A DNA stretch of 64,000 bases from Eledone cirrhosa (Eukaryota), in the NCBI GenBank assembly GCA_964016885.1, contig OZ024743.1:84258001-84322000 (forward strand). The letters are read 5' to 3'. The notes beneath the pieces were generated by a model, which searched no databases, was not told the DNA's origin, and was given only the letters and a program-made list of their open reading frames with translations. The position numbers and the translations under genes are program-made. Of this stretch, positions 37,431-51,371 are shown piece after piece (the stretch's first letter is position 1; each line of letters opens with the position of its first letter).

Positions 37431-38460
37431 TTATAATGATTATATATATAAAAAGTAGAATCACAATGGCAAGCCCAGCCATTTCAACTTGTTTTACCCT
37501 TAGACTCACCATTGGGATTCTACTTCTTCAATATACCCACTCTGCATCTTGTCATGCATCAAGTACTACTCGGTTTTTGCACCATAGACATTACACACAC
37601 AGACATCTATATATCTAGAGAGAGATTTGTTCATGTATAATTTGCACTTTTCCTCCACATTTTTAGACCTAAAAATCCACACTGATGTGTAACGAAAAGC
37701 TTAAATCACTAATAATGTTAGTAATAATACTGTATAAACTCATTGACAAGATTTTACTCAAATAAATGGTGCAAAAAACAGCCGGTGACTTATCTACTGA
37801 ACTTTGCTCTGGGCATGAAATAACCTGCATGCACTAACACACACACCAGAAAATGATTGAGTATGTAGGGCAGTTTGATTATGCTAGTATGCAGTCTGTT
37901 GTAAAGAAACATAGAATGGTGATGTCACATGTAGAAACAACCATGACTGCTTGTTTATAGAGAATATGGTTTTGTTAGAAAACAAAGGCATCTGTGACTA
38001 TACAAATATTATATTATTCATATTCTGTCTAAACATTTTGCTTGTGTATTACAGATAAATTTATTAGCAGAAGTGTTGAAAACATTCACTGTATTTCTGA
38101 CAGAACAATATGACTAAAAATTAAACCATAGGTACAACTTATGAGGTTGGCTTTAAATTGCATGATATTGAAGAGACTGAAGCGCTGGGGACATTGTAGT
38201 GTGGGGAGAGCAGGAAAAAAGGGTGTTTGTATGTTGAAAAAAAAATAGTGAGGGACTGATGGGAACAAAAAAGGAAAAAAGAAACACTGAAGACAATGTC
38301 AAAAACAAAACATGCTGTTTGTCTCCACAAGTAGGAAATTAGAAAGAAATACTGGGCATGTGAATTATGCAGGGATGGGGTTATGCATGGTTATTCGAAT
38401 AGAAGCTAATAGATAGCTAACAACTATCCATGGATACCTAAGGGCTATCTATCAATACAA

Positions 38461-38523
<63 letters not shown>

Positions 38524-38649
38524 CTGTCCCCAAAATGTATGTATGTATATAGGGGTGTGTGTATATATATATATATACATACATATATATATATTCAAGA
38601 AGAATCCCTACCGCAAGCCATTCAATTTCAGTTTTTCTCAAGCTTTTTC

Positions 38650-38943
38650 AAAGGTACTGATATTTCACGCTCAGAGTTGCTGAAGCACGGAACAAACTAC
38701 CTGCATCAGTAGTTAGCTGTTGAGACACTGCATCCTTTAAGGCCTCCATGCTTCCCGAGATTCGCCAATACTACACCTAATGTTCCCCCTCCATACACAT
38801 ATACACATGTATACCATGACTCATACACTGTTCACTTCCCTGACATTTGTATATTATTCTATGTACTATACATGCACCTTTGACGAGTTGTAGTGCACCT
38901 GAGCACTGTACACAATAATTTCATTATTATTATTATTATTATT
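38650..38943 (+). mobile_element. CR1/L2-like LINE 3' end
   Basis: [23 protein letters not shown] resembles the F.RV..WN.LP..VV C-terminal motif. Ends in an (ATT)n tail. Confidence 0.65.
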
Positions 38944-38997
38944 TTATATATACATAGCTGTTGAAACAGCAAGAGCTCAGCCATCAGGCCCTGACTC

Positions 38998-39055
<58 letters not shown>

Positions 39056-39431
39056 CAGTGGTTTACTGAGGGGCGTGGGGTGGAAAGAAACCACAATTAA
39101 ATAAGGTACTCAATACCTTAGTAGAAAAGAAGAAATATATTTATTTTATATAAAAATTATTTCTACAAGACTAGAATTGTTTTATTAATAGAATAATTTC
39201 ATATGAATGAAACAGTTCTAGTCCTTAAAGAGTAATATATATATAATACTGAAAATTTCCCTTATTCAGCAGGGTCATGTACAGGGTTCATGAACAGAAA
39301 TGGGTTAACATTACAAAAGGGTTCCAATAGCAAGGATTGACTCATGAAACCTGTGTGGGGATATGACAAATGGTTTTCAATAAATTCTAATAAAATCAAT
39401 TTTCAAATATTTATTTCATCCTAATACAGTC

Positions 39432-39464
<33 letters not shown>

Positions 39465-40484
39465 CACACACACTTCCCACATGTACAAAACAATCTATTC
39501 AGTTCTCTATCCTCTAGCTGCATATGTCAGTCAAACAGAGGTGGCCATTAAAAAGACAATTGACTTTATATACCAAACATAGATCAAATTTCTATTGTCC
39601 CAGGTCTCTGCTAGACTGTATTGGCCAGGGTTGGGATCATTTCATCAAAAAATATTCTATTATTTAAACAGAACCAAAAGCAAAGCAGCAGACTGTATCC
39701 ACAAAAAGCAACATGCAACTTACATATAGAAGTCATGAAATAAAGCCAAAATTTTATAACCACAAAAGAAGTGCAAATTATTGACTGGTGTGTAATGTGT
39801 ATCTGAGAATAAAGAATGTATTATATGCATCATATTTCTTCACAAGTATATACACATTGGATATTGTATCAAGCAATGTCTGACTAAATAAAATATTTTA
39901 CCTGTGATTGTTGATATGAACTAATCAGAAAATAAGAATAACATTGGTAGCAACAAAACATCATTCTCTGTTTATACCTGGACATAAATTCCTACCACAT
40001 ATATATATATTATCTACATGTTCAGTGTCGACACAATTCCTACCATATATATATATATATATATATGGTCTTTATTCTCTCGTTCACGATTCCACCGAAT
40101 TTATATTCATAGAAATCTGGGACTTGTTTCTTTCTTCTTCATCACTTTCTGCTGCTTAAACCATTTTGTTTGTTTACCCTAGCGTCCCCTTTATTTACGT
40201 GTCCCAACGACTTTTTTTAGCCGTTGCTCGCACCAACCTGAGGTATATGGCCTTTAATGTGATGAAATGCCTACGACGGTTGGAAGGCCACTGATGAGGA
40301 CAAACTTTTTCATATATATATATATATATATATATAGTATCTATATATATATATTTGTTTCTACTTTTGGCACAAGGCCAGCAATTATCCCAGTGTATTA
40401 CTGGTACTTTATTTTATCGACCCTGTAAGGATGAAAGGCAAAGTTAACCTCGGCGGGATTTGTACAGTGCCAACAGAATTCCTA

Positions 40485-40538
<54 letters not shown>

Positions 40539-40716
40539 AAAAAGGAAATTTTCGCTCTACATGACTGAATACAATAAATGTAATCTGAGTTTTTCGAATA
40601 TTAATAATTGTTTCTACTTTTGGCACAAGGCCAGCAATTACCCAATGCATTACTGGTACTTTATTCTATCGACCCTGGAAGGATGAAAGGCAAAGTTAAG
40701 CTCAGCGGGATTTTCT

Positions 40717-40924
40717 AATATTAATAATAACATTCGATTTGTTTGCAATTATGCAAACAAGCCTCAATTTTATAGCCATGTCAGTAGAATGAACCCTTCA
40801 TTCTTGCTCTTGTGTTCACATGCCAACACAAGAGCAAGAATGAAGGGTTCATTCTACTGACATGGCTATAAAATTGAGGCTTGTTTGCATAATTGCAAAC
40901 AAATCGAATGTTATTATTAATATT
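40717..40924. repeat. Perfect inverted repeat, 100-bp arms, 8-nt loop
   Basis: 40717-40816 is the exact reverse complement of 40825-40924. Loop cacatgcc. Confidence 0.97.
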
Positions 40925-40938
40925 CGAAAATCTCAGAT

Positions 40939-40975
<37 letters not shown>

Positions 40976-41319
40976 ACAGTGTCAAAACAATTCCTACCAC
41001 ATATAGATACTATCTACTTGTACATACTATGTAGAGTGTTTGAGATCAACTTTGCCTTTCATACTTTTGAGCTCGAATATTGGGGTCAATTCTTTCTCTG
41101 CAAGAAATTGTCTGTGTTCCGGGCCTGATGAACGACCCTTAAAGTGCCCATAACAACCTACAACCCCACTAGGTGTTAAGAGGCCTTCCCTTTATCTACT
41201 GTGTCATCACAATTAATACTATATATTGAGCTTATTGTAGAGCAGGGAAAAGTGGACATAGTTGCTGACACTGTCCACTTTTTATATGGGTTTATATACC
41301 CAACAGAAGACATGTCTGT

Positions 41320-44300
41320 GTTCTACAACCCTAGGTCTACAGGATCAGGACAGACCTAATGACAATATAGCTATGTTCTACAACCCTAGGTCTACAGGAT
41401 CAGGACAGACCTAATGACAATATAGCTATGCTCTACAACCCTAGGTCTACAGGATCAGGACAGACCTAAAGACAATGGAGCTATGTTCTACAACCCTAGG
41501 TCTACAGGATCAGGACAGACCTAATGACAATGGAGCTATGTTCTACAACCCTAGGTCTACAGGATCAGGACAGACCTAATGACAATATAGCTATGTTCTA
41601 CAACCCTAGGTCTACAGGATCAGGACAGACCTAATGACAATATAGCTATGTTCTACAACCCTAGGTCTACAGGATCAGGACAGACCTAAAGACAATGGAG
41701 CTATGTTCTACAACCCTAGGTCTACAGGATCAGGACAGACCTAATGACACTATAGCTATGTTCTACAACCCTAGGTCTACAGGATCAGGACAGACCTAAA
41801 GACAATATAGCTATGTTCTACAACCCTAGGTCTACAGGATCAGGACAGACCTAAAGACAATATAGCTATGTTCTACAACCCTAGGTCTACAGGATCAGGA
41901 CAGACCTAAAGACAATGGAGCTATGTTCTACAACCCTAGGTCTACAGGATCAGGACAGACCTAAAGACAATATAGCTATGTTCTACAACCCTAGGTCTAC
42001 AGGATCAGGACAGACCTAAAGACAATATAGCTATGTTCTACAACCCTAGGTCTACAGGATCAGGACAGACCTAAAGACACTGTAGCTATGTTCTACAACC
42101 CTAGGTCTACAGGATCAGGACAGACCTAATGACAATATAGCTATGTTCTACAACCCTAGGTCTACAGGATCAGGACAGACCTAAAGACAATATAGCTATG
42201 TTCTACAGCCCTAGGTCTACAGGATCAGGACAGACCTAAAGACAATATAGCTATGTTCTACAACCCTAGGTCTACAGGATCAGGACAGACCTAAAGACAA
42301 TATAGCTATGTTCTACAACCCTAGGTCTACAGGATCAGAACAGACCTAAAGACACTGTAGCTATGATCTACAACCCTAGATCTACAGGATCAGGACAGAC
42401 CTAAAGACAATATAGCTATGTTCTACAACCCTAGGCCTACAGGATCAGGACAGACCTAATGACAATATAGCTATGCTCTACAACCCTAGGTCTACAGGAT
42501 CAGGACAGACCTAAAGACAATATAGCTATGTTCTACAACCCTAGGCCTACAGGATCAGGACAGACCTAATGACAATATAGCTATGCTCTACAACCCTAGG
42601 CCTACAGGATCAGGACAGACCTAATGACAATATAGCTATGTTCTACAACCCTAGGTCTACAGGATCAGGACAGACCTAATGACAATATAGCTATGTTCTA
42701 CAACCCTAGGTCTACAGGATCAGGACAGACCTAATGACAATATAGCTATGCTCTACAACCCTAGGCCTACAGGATCAGGACAGACCTAATGACAATATAG
42801 CTATGTTCTACAACCCTAGGTCTACAGGATCAGGACAGACCTAAAGACAATATAGCTATGTTCTACAACCCTAGGTCTACAGGATCAGGACAGACCTAAA
42901 GACAATATAGCTATGTTCTACAACCCTAGGTCTACAGGATCAGGACAGACCTAAAGACAATATAGCTATGTTCTACAACCCTAGGTCTACAGGATCAGGA
43001 CAGACCTAAAGACAATATAGCTATGTTCTACAGCCCTAGGTCTACAGGATCAGGACAGACCTAAAGACAATATAGCTATGTTCTACAACCCTAGGTCTAC
43101 AGGATCAGGACAGACCTAAAGACAATATAGCTATGTTCTACAGCCCTAGGTCTACAGGATCAGAACAGACCTAAAGACAATATAGCTATGTTCTACAACC
43201 CTAGGTCTACAGGATCAGAACAGACCTAAAGACACTGTAGCTATGATCTACAACCCTAGGTCTACAGGATCAGGACAGACCTAAAGACAATATAGCTATG
43301 ATCTACAGCCCTAGGTCTACAGGATCAGGACAGACCTAAAGACAATATAGCTATGTTCTACAACCCTAGGCCTACAGGATCAGGACAGACCTAATGACAA
43401 TATAGCTATGTTCTACAACCCTAGGCCTACAGGATCAGGACAGACCTAATGACAATATAGCTATGTTCTACAACCCTAGGCCTACAGGATCAGGACAGAC
43501 CTAAAGACAATGGAGCTATGTTCTACAACCCTAGGTCTACAGGATCAGGACAGACCTAAAGACAATGGAGCTATGTTCTACAACCCTAGGTCTACAGGAT
43601 CAGGACAGACCTAATGACAATATAGCTATGCTCTACAACCCTAGGTCTACAGGATCAGGACAGACCTAAAGACAATATAGCTATGTTCTACAACCCTAGG
43701 TCTACAGGATCAGGACAGACCTAATGACAATATAGCTATGCTCTACAACCCTAGGTCTACAGGATCAGGACAGACCTAAAGACAATATAGCTATGTTCTA
43801 CAACCCTAGGTCTACAGGATCAGAACAGACCTAAAGACACTGTAGCTATGATCTACAACCCTAGGTCTACAGGATCAGGACAGACCTAAAGACAATATAG
43901 CTATGATCTACAGCCCTAGGTCTACAGGATCAGGACAGACCTAAAGACAATATAGCTATGTTCTACAACCCTAGGCCTACAGGATCAGGACAGACCTAAT
44001 GACAATATAGCTATGTTCTACAACCCTAGGCCTACAGGATCAGGACAGACCTAATGACAATATAGCTATGTTCTACAACCCTAGGCCTACAGGATCAGGA
44101 CAGACCTAAAGACAATGGAGCTATGTTCTACAACCCTAGGTCTACAGGATCAGGACAGACCTAAAGACAATGGAGCTATGTTCTACAACCCTAGGTCTAC
44201 AGGATCAGGACAGACCTAATGACAATATAGCTATGCTCTACAACCCTAGGTCTACAGGATCAGGACAGACCTAAAGACAATATAGCTATGTTCTACAACC

Positions 44301-44985
44301 CTAGGTCTACAGGATCAGGACAGACCTAATGACAATATAGCTATGCTCTACAACCCTAGGTCTACAGGATCAGGACAGACCTAAAGACAATATAGCTATG
44401 TTCTACAACCCTAGGTCTACAGGATCAGGACAGACCTAATGACAATATAGCTATGCTCTACAACCCTAGGCCGACAGGATCAGGACAGACCTAATGACAA
44501 TATAGCTATGTTCTACAACCCTAGGTCTACAGGATCAGGACAGACCTAATGACAATATAGCTATGCTCTACAACCCTAGGCCGACAGGATCAGGACAGAC
44601 CTAATGACAATATAGCTATGTTCTACAACCCTAGGTCTACAGGATCAGGACACACCTAATGACAATATAGCTATGCTCTACAACCCTAGGCCGACAGGAT
44701 CAGGACAGACCTAATGACAATATAGCTATGTTCTACAACCCTAGGCCTACAGGATCAGGACAGACCTAATGACAATATAGCTATGCTCTACAACCCTAGG
44801 CCTACAGGATCAGGACAGACCTAATGACAATATAGCTATGTTCTACAACCCTAGGTCTACAGGATCAGGACAGACCTAAAGACAATATAGCTATGATCTA
44901 CAGCCCTAGGTCTACAGGATCAGGACTGACCTAAAGACACTATAGCTATGATCTACAGCCCTAGATCTACAGGATCTGGACTGAT
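41320..44985. repeat. 55-bp satellite, about 66 copies
   Basis: Unit ttctacaaccctaggtctacaggatcaggacagacctaa(t/a)gacaatatagctatg. Confidence 0.98.
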
Positions 44986-45245
44986 CTAGAGAAGATAAAC
45001 AACAACATCTGATGACTCTGTCATTCCAACCTCAACTTCTGATAATCTCCACAACATTACTTTCATCTTTTCTGTCTACATGTGTTTTTAGCAGCTGCCC
45101 ATGTCACACTGTCCCACCCAGTTCTGCATTGTGTCCTCTCCCTCTTTCCATCTCACACAAACAAACTCTCTCTGTTTCATACACACACTTTCTCTCTGTT
45201 TCTCTCTCACACACACACACACGCACGCACGCACGCGCGCGCGCG

Positions 45246-45298
<53 letters not shown>

Positions 45299-45504
45299 TC
45301 CCTGTCATCAATAAAAACCATATGTTGTCTATAAACCACTTCTACACCCAAACTCTCATTTGCTACTACATCTGTGAGTCACTAGGCTATAATCCTCCTC
45401 ATCATCATCATAATCATCACCATCACCACCATCGTCACCATCACCACCATCATCATCACACTCACCACCACCACAACCACTACCACCAGGACCAGCACCC
45501 AATC

Positions 45505-48500
45505 CACACAAACTATGCCCAACACCCAGTCTACACCACAAACTACCACCCACACCCAGTCTACACCACAAACTACCACCCACACCCAGTCTACACCACA
45601 AACTACCACCCACACCCAGTCTACACCACAAACTATGCCCAACACCCAGTCTACACCACAAACTACCACCCACACCCAGTCTACACCCCAAACTACCACC
45701 AACACAGTCTTCACCACAAACTACCACCCTCACCCAGTCTTCACCACAAACTACCACCCTCACCCAGTCTACACCACAAACTACCACCCACACAGTCTTC
45801 ACCACAAACTACCACCCTCACCCAGTCTACACCACAAACTACCACCCTCACCCAGTCTACACCACAAACTACCACCCACACAGTCTACACCACAAACTAC
45901 CACCCACACAGTCTTCACCACAAACTACCACCCTCACCCAGTCTACACCACAAACTACCACCCACACCCAGTCTACACCACAAACTACCACCCACACCCA
46001 GTCTACACCACAAACTACCACCAACACAGTCTTCACCACAAACTACCACCCTCACCCAGTCTACACCACAAACTACCACCCTCACCCAGTCTACACCACA
46101 AACTACCACCCACACAGTCTTCACCACAAACTACCACCCTCACCCAGTCTACACCACAAACTACCACCCTCACCCAGTCTACACCACAAACTACCACCCA
46201 CACAGTCTACACCACAAACTACCACCCACACAGTCTTCACCACAAACTACCACCCTCACCCAGTCTACACCACAAACTACCACCCTCACCCAGTCTACAC
46301 CACAAACTACCACCCACACAGTCTTCACCACAAACTACCACCCTCACCCAGTCTACACCACAAACTACCACCCTCACCCAGTCTACACCACAAACTACCA
46401 CCCACACAGTCTTCACCACAAACTACCACCCTCACCCAGTCTACACCACAAACTACCACCCTCACCCAGTCTACACCACAAACTACCACCTCACCCAGTC
46501 TACACCACAAACTACCACCCTCACCCAGTCTACACCACAAACTACCACCCTCACCCAGTCTTCACCACAAACTACCACCCTCACCCAGTCTACACCACAA
46601 ACTACCACCCTCACCCAGTCTACACCACAAACTACCACCCTCACCCAGTCTACACCACAAACTACCACCCACACAGTCTTCACCACAAACTACCACCTCA
46701 CCCAGTCTACACCACAAACTACCACCCACACAGTCTTCACCCTAAACTACCACCCATACAGTCTTCACCACAAACTACCACCCTCACCCAGTCTACACCA
46801 CAAACTACCACCCACACAGTCTTCACCCTAAACTACCACCCACACAGTCTTCACCACAAACTACCACCTCACCCAGTCTACACCACAAACTACCACCCAC
46901 ACAGTCTACACCACAAACTACCACCCACACAGTCTTCACCACAAACTACCACCCTCACCCAGTCTACACCACAAACTACCACCCACACAGTCTTCACCCT
47001 AAACTACCACCCATACAGTCTTCACCACAAACTACCACCCACACAGTCTACACCACAAACTACCACCCACATAGTCTTCACCACAAACTACCACCCACAC
47101 AGTCTTCACCACAAACTACCACCCTCACCCAGTCTACACCACAAACTACCACCCACACAGTCTTCACCACAAACTACCACCCTCACCCAGTCTACACCAC
47201 AAACTACCACCCTCACCCAGTCTACACCACAAACTACCACCCACACAGTCTTCACCACAAACTACCACCCTCACCCAGTCTACACCACAAACTACCACCC
47301 TCACCCAGTCTACACCACAAACTACCACCCTCACCCAGTCTACACCACAAACTACCACCCACACAGTCTACACCACAAACTACCACCCACACAGTCTTCA
47401 CCACAAACTACCACCCTCACCCAGTCTACACCACAAACTACCACCCACACAGTCTTCACCACAAACTACCACCCTCACCCAGTCTACACCACAAACTACC
47501 ACCCTCACCCAGTCTACACCACAAACTACCACCCTCACCCAGTCTACACCACAAACTACCACCCACACAGTCTTCACCACAAACTACCACCTCACCCAGT
47601 CTACACCACAAACTACCACCCACACAGTCTACACCACAAACTACCACCCACACAGTCTTCACCACAAACTACCACCCTCACCCAGTCTACACCACAAACT
47701 ACCACCCACACAGTCTTCACCCTAAACTACCACCCATACAGTCTTCACCACAAACTACCACCCACACAGTCTACACCACAAACTACCACCCACATAGTCT
47801 TCACCACAAACTACCACCCACACAGTCTTCACCACAAACTACCACCCACACAGTCTTCACCCCAAACTACCACCCACAGTCTTCACCACAAACTACCACC
47901 CACACAGTCTTCACCCCAAACTACCACCCACAGTCTTCACCACAAACTACCACCCACACAGTCTTCACCCCAAACTACCACCCACACAGTCTTCACCCCA
48001 AACTACCACCCACAGTCTTCACCCCAAACTACCACCCACACAGTCTTCACCACAAACTACCACCCACACAGCCTATACCACAAACTACCACCCACACAGT
48101 CTTAACCACAAACTACCACCCACACAGTCTTCACCACAAACTACCACCCACACAGCCTATACCACAAAGTCTTCACCCCAAACTACCACCCACACAGTCT
48201 TCACCACAAACTACCACCCACACAGTCTACACTACAAACTACCACCCTCACCCAGTCTACACCACAAACTACCACCCACACAGTCTACACCACAAACTAC
48301 CACCCACACAGTCTTCACCACAAACTACCACCCACACAGTCTTCACCCCAAACTACCACCCACACAGTCTTCACCCCGAACTACCACCCACAGTCTTCAC
48401 CACAAACTACCACCCACACAGTCTTCACCCCAAACTACCACCCACACAGTCTTCACCACAAACTACCACCCACACAGTCTTCACCACAAACTACCACCCA

Positions 48501-51307
48501 CACAGTCTTCACCACAAACTACCACCCACACAGTCTTCACCACAAACTACCACCCACACAGCCTATACCACAAAGTCTTCACCCCAAACTACCACCCACA
48601 CAGTCTTCACCACAAACTACCACCCACACAGTCTACACTACAAACTACCACCCTCACCCAGTCTACACCCCAAACTACCACCCACAGTCTTCACCACAAA
48701 CTACCACCCACACAGTCTTCACCCCAAACTACCACCCACAGTCTTCACCCCAAACTACCACCCACACAGTCTTCACCACAAACTACCACCCACACAGTCT
48801 TCACCACAAACTACCACCCACACAGTCTTCACCACAAACTACCACCCACACAGACTTAACCACAAACTACCACCCACACAGTCTACACCACAAACTACCA
48901 CCCACACAGTCTTCACCACAAACTACCACCCACACAGCCTATACCACAAACTACCACCCACACAGTCTTAACCACAAACTACCACCCACACAGGCTTCAC
49001 CACAAACTACCACCCACACAGTCTTCACCACAAACTACCACCCACACAGTCTTCACCACAAACTACCACCCACAGAGTCTACACCACAAACTACCACCCA
49101 CACCCAGTCTACACCACAAACTACCACCCAGACAGTCTTCACCCCAAACTACCACCCACAGAGTCTACACCACAATCTACCACCCACCCAGTCTACACTA
49201 CAAACTACCACCCACACCCAGTCTACACCACAAAGTACCACGCACACAGTCTACACCACAAACTACCACCCACACAGTCTTAACCCCAAACTACCACCCA
49301 GACAGTCTTCACCCCAAACTACCACCCACAGAGTCTACACCACAATCTACCACCCACCCAGTCTACACTACAAACTACCACCCTCACCCAGTCTACACCA
49401 CAAAGTACCACGCACACAGTCTACACCACAAACTACCACCCACACAGTCTTAACCCCAAACTACCACCCACACAGTCTTAACCACAAACTACCACCCACA
49501 GTCTTCACCACAAACTACCACCCAGAGTCTACACCACAAACTACCACCCACACCCAGTTTACACTACAAACTACCACCCAGACAGTCATCACCCCAAACT
49601 ACCACCCACAGAGTCTACACCACAAACTACCACCCACACAGTCTACACCACAAACTACCACCCACACAGTTTTCACCCCAAACTACCACCCTCACCCAGT
49701 CTACACCACAAACTACCACCCACAGAGTCTACACCACAAACTACCACCCACACCCAGTCTACACCACAAACTACCACCCAGACAGTCATCACCCCAAACT
49801 ACCACCCAGAGTCTACACCACAAACTACCACCCACACAGTCTACACCACAAACTACCACCCACACAGTCTTCACCACAAACTACCACCCTCACCCAGTCT
49901 ACACCACAAACTACCACCCACACAGTCTACACCACAAACTACCACCCACACCCAGTCTACACCACAAACTACCACCCTCACCCAGTCTACACTACAAACT
50001 ACCACCCACAGTCATCATCACAAACTACCACCCACACAGTCTACACCACAAACTACCACCCACACAGTCTTCACCACAAACTACCACCCACACAGTCTAC
50101 ACCACAAACTACCACCCACACAGTCTTCACCACAAACTACCACCCACACAGTCTTCACCACAAACTACCACCCTCACCCAGTCTACACCACAAACTACCA
50201 CCCACACCCAGTCTACACCACAAACTACCACCCTCACCCAGTCTACACTACAAACTACCACCCACAGTCATCATCACAAACTATCACCCACACAGTCTAC
50301 ACCACAAACTACCACCCACACAGTCTTCACCACAAACTACCACCCACACAGTCTACACCACAAACTACCACCCACACAGTCTTCACCACAAACTACCACC
50401 CACACAGTCTACACCACAAACTACCACCCACACAGTCTTCACCACAAACTACCACCCACAGAGTCTACACCACAAACTACCACCCACAGTCTTCACCACA
50501 AACTACCACCCACACAGTCTACACCACAAACTACCACCCACACAGTCTTCACCACAAACTACCACCCACAGAGTCTACACCACAAACTACCACCCACACA
50601 GTCTTCACCACAAACTACCACCCACAGAGTCTACACCACAACAAACTACCACCCACAGTCTTCACCACAACAAACTACCACCCACATCTAGTCTTCAGCA
50701 CAAACTACCACCCATACCCAATCTTAACCACAAACTACCACCCACACCCAGTCTACACCACAAACTACCACCCACACCCAGTCTACACCACAAACTACCA
50801 CCCTCACACAGTCTACACAACAAACTACCACCCACACCCAGTCTACACCACAAACTACCACCCACACCCAGTCTACACCACAAACTACCACCCACACCAC
50901 AAACTACCACCCACACCCAGTCTACACCACAAACTAACACCCGCACCCAGTTTACACCACAAACTACCACCCACACAGTCTACACCACAAACTACCACCC
51001 ACACCCAGTCTACACCACAAACTACCACCCACCCAGTCTACACCACAAACTAACACCCACACCCAGTTTACACCACAAACTACCACCCACACCCAGTCTA
51101 CACCACAAACTACCACCCACACCCAGTCTACACCACAAACTACCACCCACCCAGTCTACACCACAAACTACCACCCACACCCAGTCTACACCACAAACTA
51201 CCACCCACACCCAGTCTACACGACAAACTACCACCCACACCCAGTCTACACCACAAACTACCACCCACACCCAGTCTACACCACAAACTACCACCCACAC
51301 CCAGTCT
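45505..51307. repeat. 30/28-bp C/A-rich satellite, about 200 copies, preceded by (CA)n and (CAY)n microsatellites
   Basis: Units c(a/t)cacccagtctacaccacaaactaccacc and cacacagtcttcaccacaaactaccacc. Confidence 0.98.
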
Positions 51308-51371
51308 TAACCTTTTCACTAAAAATTAAATATTCTGACCTTAAAAAATAACAAAAAACAAAACAGCAGCA

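Noticed and set aside
38086-38270. Possible alternative terminal MIB1 exon after long pyrimidine tracts
   Set aside because: No protein-like content, no clear donor and no supporting evidence. Left as unexplained unique intron sequence.
41320-44985. CRISPR-like array (hairpin-containing repeats)
   Set aside because: No unique spacers, no cas genes, eukaryotic intron. The same applies to the 32-, 36- and 37-bp arrays.
45082-48105. 1007-aa and 438-aa mucin/extensin-like ORFs
   Set aside because: They are translations of a G/T-poor satellite that rarely makes stops. Mixed 28/30-bp units shift the frame constantly, and the ORF starts in microsatellites.
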